In this document: one piece after another, positions 41,601 to 48,808 of the stretch | How the letters are laid out: each line of letters starts with the position of its first letter | Numbering within the stretch: position 1 is the stretch's first letter | NCBI GenBank assembly: GCA_031409275.1 | Contig: JANNXA010000024.1 | Coordinates: 46,763-110,762 of the forward strand | Source: Planctomycetota bacterium | GTDB lineage: Bacteria > Planctomycetota > B15-G4 > SIAN01 | Reading direction: 5' to 3' | Length of the DNA stretch: 64,000 bases | Position numbers and translations under genes: made by a program | The notes under the pieces: generated by a model | What the model saw: only the letters and a program-made list of their open reading frames with translations | What the model was told of the DNA's origin: nothing | Database searches by the model: none

Positions 41601-42089
41601 GGCGGCTCGTTCGCCGACTACGTCATCGACCTGCTGCGCCGACCCTACACCGCTCATTGGGCAACGCGCTACGGCGAGAGCTTCATCACGCCGCAAGGCG
41701 CGCTGTTCGGACCGACCGCGATGTTGATCGACGAGACGGCCGGCTCGGGCGGCGATCTGCTGCCGTGGATGTTCCGCAAGTTCGGACTCGGCAAGTTGAT
41801 CGGCCGGCCGACCTGGGGCGGACTGGTCGGCATCCTCGGCTTCCCGGAACTGATGGATGGCGGCAGCGTGACGGCGCCCAACCTCGCGATCTGGACCGAA
41901 GCGGATGGCTTCTGCGTCGAGAACGTCGGGGTCCCTCCCGACCTCGAGGTGGAGATGGCGCCAGCCGACTGCGTCGGTGGCCGCGATCCGCAGCTCGAGC
42001 GGGCCATCGCGGAACTGCTTGCGGAGCTCGACAAGAACCCGCGGCGTCCGGCGGTCCAGCCGCCCTTCCCCGTGCGCGCGCGGCGCTGA
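38700..42089 (+). CDS. Tricorn-like S41 protease
   Basis: FVYAGDLW, PD40/propeller repeats, PDZ, NGGG, catalytic GSGGD, TWGGLVG, DPQLERAI. Confidence 0.95.
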   Translation: MSTRVPHRPFRPFVALTVVGSTLACAAAAAPLAPSPLAAPRPPPAAQASEGLSTTDTRLLEQPAMSATHLAFVYAGDLWVANRDGSGARRMTSHPGQESRPRFSPDGQWLAFSGEYDGNVDLFVMPVTGGEPRRLTTHPGADVVQGFTADGRELLFTSQRDVHSGRFHHLFKVSVEGGWPTRLPLPSCSKATLSPDGKKVAYLPLSEPFQQWKNYRGGRASRIWICDLADLSVEQVPQPAGRCNDTDPMWLAGPHSNQLFFRSDRAGEFNLFAYDFASKAVQQKTTHADLPVVNASAAPDAIVYEQAGWLHRFDPKSGVAQRLIVGVAADLVETRPRFVKGAQYLRSASLSPSGTRVAVGFRGEIVTLPAEKGDPRNLTQSPGVNERDPAWSPDGKTIAWTSDEGGAHHLVLAPQDGRGERRTLTIPGAGFYEPAGWSPDSRKLAVIDNARALWLVDVESGESKRIDAEPVYGVLSSIAIAWSPDSKWLAYTLAVRTGFRRLYLRDVAAERSTAVTDGLADVAEPAFDASGKYLWFAASTDAGPLLNWFSLTSSDLAQTNALYVVCLQKGTPSPFAPESDEEAGVVAAAAKPADATPADATKADPAAADAVVTPSIDLDGLAERMLALPLPTAAYSNLVGGSDGQLWYVKSERAPFSGPAQKPTLARFDLATRKEKVIQEGVDGFELSADKKKLLIGGGDGRFVVAAGDALDKSKGRLAVDAIEVRIEPRTEWAQILDEVWRINRDWFYDPGMHGADWPAMRARYFQFLPHLATRGDLNRVIQWLCSELAVGHSYSGGGDTLISGKPIAGGLLGADYEVVDGRYRFAKVFGGQPFAPELRAPLAAPGVAVQAGEFLLAVDGVPLLASEELFARFEGRAGKQVELTVGPNADGSGSRTVKVVPVENEAALRNRDWVEGNLRRVTEATAGRVGYVYVPNTSDAGFTYFKRWFFPQTDREALIVDERMNGGGSFADYVIDLLRRPYTAHWATRYGESFITPQGALFGPTAMLIDETAGSGGDLLPWMFRKFGLGKLIGRPTWGGLVGILGFPELMDGGSVTAPNLAIWTEADGFCVENVGVPPDLEVEMAPADCVGGRDPQLERAIAELLAELDKNPRRPAVQPPFPVRARR

Positions 42090-42234
42090 CCGAAGGCGCG
42101 CCGGCGCCGAGTACGAATTCCCGATTGCAGGAAGATCACCCCTGCGCAGCGACCCTGCGCGGGGGCGATCGCGCGATTCCTCCCGGGGTCGCGGGGCGCG
42201 CGGCCAGCGGCAGCGCCGTTGCGTCCTCCCCGGC

Positions 42235-43095
42235 ATGGCGACGACTCCCTCGCAACGTCTCGGACTCCTGCGCGTCCTGCTGCCGCGTCCTCATCGCTAC
42301 CGCGCGTGGCGCAGCAAGATCGCGCTGCTGTCGCTGATCGTCGTCGCCGCGCCGCCGTTGTCGGGGCTTGGTCGCATCGACTTGTGGCGCGGCCACCATT
42401 TGCTGCTGGGCGAGCCGGTCGGCTTCGGCAAGGCGCTCTTCGGTGGACTCCTGTTCGGGACCGCGAGCTACCTCATCACCTTCGTGGTGAACGCCTTCGG
42501 GGGTCGGCTCTTCTGCGGCTTCGGCTGCCCGCTGTCGCAAGCCAATCGCCTGGTCGAGGAGGTCGACACCCAGCGCGGCAAGCCGGGCCGCGCGGCCGCG
42601 ATCGCGCGCAGCTGGCTCTTCGCCGTCGCCTTCGCCGCCGCGATCCTCCACTGGTGGATCAATCCGCGGCTGTGGCTCGAGGGAAGCATCGGCGCGCGCG
42701 CCGCCGCACTCGGTGCGCTGGCGATCGGCGCCGCGCTGATCCAGGGCCACGCGCGCTGGTGGCATTGGGCCTTCTGTCGCGGATGGTGCCCGGTCGGCCT
42801 CTACTACTCGGTGGTGTCGCCGAGCACCGCACTCGGCATCCACTTCGACGCCGCCACCTGCGTCAACTGCAACGCGTGCGATCGCGTCTGCCCGGTCGGC
42901 CTCGCGCCGCGCAACCTGCCCGGCGAGATCGAGCGCGACGAAGGGCTCGCCATCGCCAGCACGACCGGCGTCCACCACTGCTTGAGCTGCGGCGACTGCG
43001 TCGAAGCGTGCGAGTACATCTTGGAGAAGCGCGGCGTGACGCCCATCGCGTTGACGCTGACCGCGCATCCGTTCCGCCCGAAGACGCCGGCGTGA
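42235..43095 (+). CDS. Membrane-bound 4Fe-4S polyferredoxin (NapH/CcoG-like)
   Basis: CGFGCP, CRGWCP, CVNCNACDRVCP, CLSCGDCVEAC; TM helices. Confidence 0.88.
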   Translation: MATTPSQRLGLLRVLLPRPHRYRAWRSKIALLSLIVVAAPPLSGLGRIDLWRGHHLLLGEPVGFGKALFGGLLFGTASYLITFVVNAFGGRLFCGFGCPLSQANRLVEEVDTQRGKPGRAAAIARSWLFAVAFAAAILHWWINPRLWLEGSIGARAAALGALAIGAALIQGHARWWHWAFCRGWCPVGLYYSVVSPSTALGIHFDAATCVNCNACDRVCPVGLAPRNLPGEIERDEGLAIASTTGVHHCLSCGDCVEACEYILEKRGVTPIALTLTAHPFRPKTPA

Positions 43096-44378
43096 CCGCG
43101 CAAAGCGACGGGCGCGGCGGAGTCTGGCTGACGGCCTACGTCGCGCTGGCGCTGTTGCCGATGGCAGCGGCGGGGGTCGCGCGCGCCGACAGCGAGCCGC
43201 TGCGATTCGCGTCCGAGCTGGCCGTCACGACCGGCTTCGTCGCGTTCGCGTTGCTGATGCTCGAGCTGCCGCCGATCTCTCGACTGCGCCACCTCTCCGA
43301 CCGCTTCGGCATCGACCGGCTGATGCGCTTCCATCGTGCGATGGGAGTGGTGGCGCTGGTGTTCGTCGCCGCGCACATCTGGCTCGCGGGCGGGCGATGG
43401 ACGCGCAGCGGCGCGATCGCCTTCGGGAGCACGCTGCTGCTGGTGGCGACTTCGATCGGTCGGCGGACCTTGCACCTGCCCTACGAAGCGTGGCACCTGC
43501 TTCACGTGCTGCTTTCACTGACGCTGGTGCCGGCGCTGCTGGTCCACCTCTTCACGGCGCGCGGAACGCCTCCGCCACGAGCGCTCGCGCTCGTGATCGG
43601 CGCGTACGGAGTCGCCTTCGTGCTGCTGATGGTGCGCGATCGCATCGCGCGACCGCTGTGGCTCGCGCGCCGACCGTGGGAGGTCGTCGCGAACCGCGCG
43701 GAAGGGGGCGACACGCAGACGCTGGTGGTGCGGCCGCTCGGCCATCGCGGCTTCGACTTCGGGCCGGGACAGTTCGCATGGGTGCTGACCGGCCGCCATC
43801 CGCTCCTCGCCGAGCAGCACCCGATCACCTTCTCCTCCTCCGCCGAACGTCCGCCGGACGGCTCGATCGAACTTGCGATCAAGGCGCTCGGCGACTGGAG
43901 CGGCACCATCGTCCCGGCGCTCCGCCCCGGCGCGCGCCTCTGGCTCGATGGACCTTACGGCTCGCTCACGACCGATCGCATCGCGGCCCAAGGCTTCGTG
44001 CTGATCGCCGGTGGAATCGGCATCACGCCAATGCTCTCGATCCTGCGAACGATGCGTGATCGCGGCGATCGCCGGCGGGTGGTGCTGTTCCATGCCGCGC
44101 GCAACCGTCAGCGGATGGTCTTCGCAGCGGAGCTCGCCGCGCTGCGCCGCACGCTCGACCTGCGCATCGTCGAGCTCTTCGAAGAGGCGCAGGCCGGCGC
44201 CGAGGAGGGGTTCATTCGCGCCGAGCTGCTGCGACGCCACTTGCCGCCGGACGTGCGCCACGATGCGTTCCTCGCGTGCGGCCCGGCGCCGATGCTCGAC
44301 GCCGTCGGGCGAGCGCTGGCCGATGTCGGCGTCTCACCCCATCAGCTCCACACCGAACGGTTCGACCTGATGTCATGA
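43092..44378 (+). CDS. Ferric-reductase-like transmembrane flavocytochrome b
   Basis: Heme His pairs (FHRAMG..AH, WHLLH..VH), PGQF, HPIT, DGPYG, AGGIGITP, CGP, ERF. Confidence 0.9.
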   Translation: MTAQSDGRGGVWLTAYVALALLPMAAAGVARADSEPLRFASELAVTTGFVAFALLMLELPPISRLRHLSDRFGIDRLMRFHRAMGVVALVFVAAHIWLAGGRWTRSGAIAFGSTLLLVATSIGRRTLHLPYEAWHLLHVLLSLTLVPALLVHLFTARGTPPPRALALVIGAYGVAFVLLMVRDRIARPLWLARRPWEVVANRAEGGDTQTLVVRPLGHRGFDFGPGQFAWVLTGRHPLLAEQHPITFSSSAERPPDGSIELAIKALGDWSGTIVPALRPGARLWLDGPYGSLTTDRIAAQGFVLIAGGIGITPMLSILRTMRDRGDRRRVVLFHAARNRQRMVFAAELAALRRTLDLRIVELFEEAQAGAEEGFIRAELLRRHLPPDVRHDAFLACGPAPMLDAVGRALADVGVSPHQLHTERFDLMS

Positions 44379-44689
44379 ACTTCCTGCGCGACCCCATCGA
44401 CCGACTCGCGATCGCGCTCGGGCTGCTGCTCGCGGCCGCGGCGAGCGCAGCGGCATGGCGTGCCAGCGTCCCCCACCCGGCCGCGCTCGCGCCGCCGACG
44501 GCGGCACAGCTCTGGCAACGCCACTGCGCACACTGTCACGAGCGAGCCGAGTTGCTGTCGACGCTGCGTTCCAGTGTCGCCTTCGACCAGGCCGAGAAGC
44601 TCACGGAGTTCCTCGCAACGCACGGTCGCGCCAACGCCATCGAAGATCGCATCATCGCCGAGGAGCTATCCCTCGAGATTCACCGCTGA
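44375..44689 (+). CDS. Small monoheme c-type cytochrome
   Basis: Signal/TM helix; CAHCH; ATGA overlap. Confidence 0.7.
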   Translation: MNFLRDPIDRLAIALGLLLAAAASAAAWRASVPHPAALAPPTAAQLWQRHCAHCHERAELLSTLRSSVAFDQAEKLTEFLATHGRANAIEDRIIAEELSLEIHR

Positions 44690-44738
44690 CCGTGTCCGCT
44701 CCTACGATCCAGAACCTCCTTGGAGCCTCGAACCCCAC

Positions 44739-45245
44739 ATGGGCACCCAGTACCGACCCCCGAAGTCCCCCGAACAGCGCGACCGCAATCGTGCCGTTGC
44801 GGTACGTGTCGACGACCTGATGGTGGACCACGTGATGACCGCGACCCCGCATCAGTCGGTCGAGCACGTCCGTGCGCTGATGGCGCAGCACCGCATCCAT
44901 GCGCTGCCGGTCATCGACGCCGAGGGCCATCCGATCGGGATCGTCACCTCGAGCGACCTGATCGAGGAGCTGCCCGCCGCGAAGCCGATCGGCCAGCTCA
45001 TGACGCGCGCGGTCTACAGCGTGCCGCGCTACGAGGACCCCTCGATCGCGGCGCGCATCATGCGCAACCATCGCATCCACCACGTGGTCGTGACGCACGA
45101 GGGACGCATCGCCGGGATCTTGAGCTCGCTCGATCTGCTGGCGCTCGTCGAAGAACGCCGCTACGTCTCGAAGCAACGTCCCGACACCACCCAGCGCGGC
45201 GTCGGTGACCGCAAGAAAGGCGAAGGCAAGGGCAAGAAGCCGTAG
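44739..45245 (+). CDS. CBS-domain pair protein
   Basis: HALPVID..PIGIVTSSDL; HHVVV..IAGILSSLDL. Confidence 0.9.
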   Translation: MGTQYRPPKSPEQRDRNRAVAVRVDDLMVDHVMTATPHQSVEHVRALMAQHRIHALPVIDAEGHPIGIVTSSDLIEELPAAKPIGQLMTRAVYSVPRYEDPSIAARIMRNHRIHHVVVTHEGRIAGILSSLDLLALVEERRYVSKQRPDTTQRGVGDRKKGEGKGKKP

Positions 45246-45405
45246 CAGCCCGTTGGAGAAGTCACCGCGAGTCCGGCGAGCGGATTTCGAGTCGGGACGA
45301 GGAGGAGGTTCGAAGCCAATTCCCCGGTGAGTTGTCGAGAACGTCCGACGAAGTACCGGCTTGAAAGACGCCGCCGGGCGACACGGGGAGTTGTCCAACG
45401 GGCTG
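45246..45405. mobile_element. MITE family A copy 2 (160 bp)
   Basis: TIRs CAGCCCGTTGGA / TCCAACGGGCTG; GTAG duplication (45242-45245, 45406-45409) that includes the CBS gene stop codon. Confidence 0.93.
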
Positions 45406-45416
45406 GTAGCGCTCGT

Positions 45417-46706
45417 CTACAAGTCGGCGCGCGCCGCGAAGAGATGCTCGGCATCGAGGCGCGGCGCGTTGTGCAGGAGCGTGGTCAGCCGCCGCTGCGG
45501 CTGCGTCGCGAACTTCGAGTCGCCGTCGACCGTGATCACGACCAGGGCATCGAGGTCGACGAGGCGCGGATCGAGATGGACCGCGAGCCCCTTCGCGCCC
45601 TGCGCGCCGGTGATCTCGATGCGATCGCGCGCCACGACCTCGGCCGTGATCGTCGCGCCGAACGGCACCTCGTCGCAGTGGAGCCAATAGAGGTCGCGCT
45701 TGGCGGGACGCGACGGCTGCCAGATCACCTTCTTCGGGCACGGCTCGCGCGCGAAGTTCATCGCCCACGCGACGCCCGGCCCCGGCCCCGCTTCAGGGAA
45801 GTCGTGTCCGCGCCCTTCGACGCGCTCCCATCGGTGGTGCCAGCCGGCGCCGTTGCACCCCTTCGCCAGCGCATCGAGCTCGGCCACCGCGAAGTCGTTC
45901 GGTGCCGGCGGCACGTTGGGGTCGTCGCCGCTCTGGTAGACCGAGATCGGGAGGTTGTAGAGGCACGGCAACACTCCCTCTTCGATGCCGATCACCTTGG
46001 TGCGCTCGGTCTTGGAGAAGTAGGGCGTCGGCGCGCCGGCGAACGCGGCGAGCCCGCCGAAGAGGTCGGCGTGGCGCGAGCCGAGCGTCCACGTCCCGAA
46101 GCCGCCCATCGAGTGGCCGGTGAGGTAGATGCGATTGGGGTCGATCGGATGGGTGCGTTTGGCGGCGGCGATCAGGTCGAAGACGAACGCCTCGGTGTCC
46201 GTTTCGGTCCACCCCTTCTCCGTCTTGTGCAGCACCTCGGGATAGATGACGACCGTGTTCTTCAACTTGCCGAGCGCCGCCCCGAAGCCGCTGACCGCGC
46301 CCTCCGCTTCACCTGACCCGGCACCGCCACCGTGCAGGCAGACGATCAGCTGCTTCGCCTTGCGATCGCCTTGCACGATGTACTTGCCGACCTTCTCCTT
46401 CTGGTCGATCCAGTAGTTGGTGCCGCCGCTCTCGAGCTTCTTCCCCTTCCGTGCCAGCTCGAGCAACGTCGGCGCCCACTTCTTCACATCGGCCGCGGTC
46501 AGGACGTCGATGGGTGCCAGCGTCGTCTCGATCTCGAGACGGCGCGAAGCTGGCGCGGTGAACCACTCGGTGACCAGCTCCTTCTGCCGGGTCGGCGAGA
46601 GCTTGATCGGCGGCGCAACCTGCGCGCCCGCAATGGCGACGACGGAAACCGCCAGACAGGCGCACCTGACGGCCGCGCCGAACGCGCGCTCGATGCCGTA
46701 CCTCAT
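45417..46706 (-). CDS. Secreted alpha/beta hydrolase (esterase/peptidase-like)
   Basis: Signal peptide; LHGGG, GHSMGG, Asp (GDDP), His (GHDF). Confidence 0.85.
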   Translation of the reverse strand: MRYGIERAFGAAVRCACLAVSVVAIAGAQVAPPIKLSPTRQKELVTEWFTAPASRRLEIETTLAPIDVLTAADVKKWAPTLLELARKGKKLESGGTNYWIDQKEKVGKYIVQGDRKAKQLIVCLHGGGAGSGEAEGAVSGFGAALGKLKNTVVIYPEVLHKTEKGWTETDTEAFVFDLIAAAKRTHPIDPNRIYLTGHSMGGFGTWTLGSRHADLFGGLAAFAGAPTPYFSKTERTKVIGIEEGVLPCLYNLPISVYQSGDDPNVPPAPNDFAVAELDALAKGCNGAGWHHRWERVEGRGHDFPEAGPGPGVAWAMNFAREPCPKKVIWQPSRPAKRDLYWLHCDEVPFGATITAEVVARDRIEITGAQGAKGLAVHLDPRLVDLDALVVITVDGDSKFATQPQRRLTTLLHNAPRLDAEHLFAARADL

Positions 46707-46761
46707 TTCACCCCCTTGCTGCACTTGAACCTCGGGCAGGGCGCCTCGATCATTCCCTGCC

Positions 46762-48120
46762 ATGCCCCATCACCGCAAGCTCGCCCGTGCCGTCGCCTGG
46801 CTTTGTTGGATTGCGCCGCTCGCCTGCGGCGAGTTGCATGCGCAAGCGAAGCTCTCGCTTCCGCGCGCCAAGGTCGCGGAGATCGAGAAGCTCGCCGATG
46901 CGTGGTTCGCCGCGCGGCCGCCATCGCGGTTCGTCGAGTGGGATGGGCCGACGCGCGCCACTCTCGAAACGCAGGCGCGCGCCATCGGCGAGGTCGGCGA
47001 GGGCGATCTTGCGCCGCTCGTCGAGCTGCTGTGGAAAGCGGCGCGCAATCACGCGCCCGACTGGAAGAAGGGCGAGCTGCCGACGCCGTACGGTCCGGCG
47101 ACCTACCTCGAGAAGGGCAAGGGCGGCCGCAAACAGGGCTTCGCACTGGCGCTGCACGGTGGCGGCGAAGGAGCCGGCGATGCCGCGGAAGCGGCCGGCA
47201 ATTGGAACCCGCCGGGTTGCGTCATCGCGGCACCGCAGGGCATCCGCCTCGTGCACGACACCTGGAACACCGTGCATGGCGAGCGCTTCGCGCTCTCGCT
47301 GATCGAGTGGGCGAAGTGGCATCACGACGTCGACCCCGATCGCGTCTACACCATGGGCTTCAGCATGGGCGGCACCGGCTCGTTCTTCCTCGCCGGCCGC
47401 CATCCCGACCTCTTCGCGGGCGCGATTCCTGCGCACGGTGTGCTGATGGCGGAACCGAAGAGCCAGGTCGCGACGAAGGAGGAGGTCGTGCAGGTGCAGC
47501 ACGGGCTGCTGCCCAACCTCCGTAACCTCGCGATGTACTGGTACACCGGAAGCGTCGACCAGAACTGCAAGCCCGGCACCTACCTCTTCGCGTGGGATCG
47601 CCTGCTCGAACTGAAAGCGGCCGATCCGGGCGGCTACGCGAAGCTCTCCTTCTACTGCCAGCCGAACCTCGCCCACTCCTTCCCGACGGGCGAGCCGCAG
47701 AAGGGTTTCGACGTCGTCCTGAAGGAGCGCCGCGACACCTTCCCGACGAAAGTGGTTTGGGAGCACGCGAGCAGTCCCTTCCCGCAACCCGACGACGACG
47801 AGCCGTTGCCACGCTTCGTCCCGACCTGGCACTACTGGCTGCACTGCCTCGCGCCGCAGGATCGGATGCGCGTCGTCGCCGAGCGCCACGGCAACACGTT
47901 CGAAGTGAAGACGAGAGGCGTGGCCGCCGACCAACTCGAACTGCTGCTCCAGCCCGCGCTCTACGATCCGAAGCAGCCGCTGGTGGTGACCGTCGACGGG
48001 CGCAAGGTGGTCGACGGCGTCGTGCTGCCCGACTTCTGGACCGTGCTCGAGACGCTCGACGCACGCATGGACCGGACGCTCGTCTTCGACCGCCGCGTGC
48101 GCCTGTCGGCGTCGCGCTGA
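46762..48120 (+). CDS. Secreted alpha/beta hydrolase, paralog of the divergent neighbour
   Basis: Signal peptide; LHGGG, GFSMGG, SVDQ, AHSF. Confidence 0.85.
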   Translation: MPHHRKLARAVAWLCWIAPLACGELHAQAKLSLPRAKVAEIEKLADAWFAARPPSRFVEWDGPTRATLETQARAIGEVGEGDLAPLVELLWKAARNHAPDWKKGELPTPYGPATYLEKGKGGRKQGFALALHGGGEGAGDAAEAAGNWNPPGCVIAAPQGIRLVHDTWNTVHGERFALSLIEWAKWHHDVDPDRVYTMGFSMGGTGSFFLAGRHPDLFAGAIPAHGVLMAEPKSQVATKEEVVQVQHGLLPNLRNLAMYWYTGSVDQNCKPGTYLFAWDRLLELKAADPGGYAKLSFYCQPNLAHSFPTGEPQKGFDVVLKERRDTFPTKVVWEHASSPFPQPDDDEPLPRFVPTWHYWLHCLAPQDRMRVVAERHGNTFEVKTRGVAADQLELLLQPALYDPKQPLVVTVDGRKVVDGVVLPDFWTVLETLDARMDRTLVFDRRVRLSASR

Positions 48121-48713
48121 GGCACGCTACTCACGATCCAGGCGAGCGCGCCCGCCAGCGCGCCGACGGCGTGGGCAAGCGGCACGCTCGCGAAACCGGC
48201 CGCCGCGTCGTCGACGAACCAGCGTGCATCGAAGGCAAGCTCGCCGACCAGCTTCGCCGCGAAGAGCACCAGCGCCAGCGCGACGAGGGCGCGTCCGACG
48301 CGATCCCGGCGGCTGCGCCACGTGCCAAGCAGCGCGACCGTGAACCATGCCGAAGCGAGGCCGGAAGCGCCGCGGTAGGAGTGGAGCTCGGGCGCGAAGA
48401 TCGCGATCGCCAGCGGGATCAGCGGGAGCGCCAACAGCGTCGCCAGCCGCAGCGCGCGCCGATCGACCCGTTCGGCCACGAGGCCGGTCAACAGCAACGC
48501 CAGTGCGTTCCACGCCGCATGCGCGACTCCGTAGTGGACGAAGTGGCAGGTGAGCCGCGCGAGCGGCCGCGGGTCCCCGCGCGACCACTCGCCCCACTCG
48601 GCGCCGCCGGCGACCGCGCTGATCGCCGCCGCCAACACCACCGCGACCAGCGCTGCTCCGGTGAGCCAGGGCTGCTCGCCGTCGCGTCGAGTTCGTTCCA
48701 TCGCGAAGTCCAT
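47961..48713 (-). CDS. Rhombosortase (rhomboid-family intramembrane protease)
   Basis: TCHFVH..HAAWN, catalytic YRGASG, KLVGE, VPLAHAVG; adjacent to a GlyGly-CTERM protein; 3' end uncertain. Confidence 0.82.
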   Translation of the reverse strand: MDFAMERTRRDGEQPWLTGAALVAVVLAAAISAVAGGAEWGEWSRGDPRPLARLTCHFVHYGVAHAAWNALALLLTGLVAERVDRRALRLATLLALPLIPLAIAIFAPELHSYRGASGLASAWFTVALLGTWRSRRDRVGRALVALALVLFAAKLVGELAFDARWFVDDAAAGFASVPLAHAVGALAGALAWIVSSVPQRDADRRTRRSKTSVRSMRASSVSSTVQKSGSTTPSTTLRPSTVTTSGCFGS

Positions 48714-48808
48714 GCTGGAGGTCCGTGCAGGAGATCTGGGTCGAAGGTCCGGGCACGACGCGGTCGATCCGGCCGGCGCCGCCGTGTGCGACGCCGGCCG
48801 CGACTCCC

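Noticed and set aside
44652..45454. Recurrent short ORFs with PCRxAASFKPVLRR / LASNLLLVPTR peptides (also near 2400, 51300 and 63000)
   Set aside because: These are translations of MITE family A, not a protein family.
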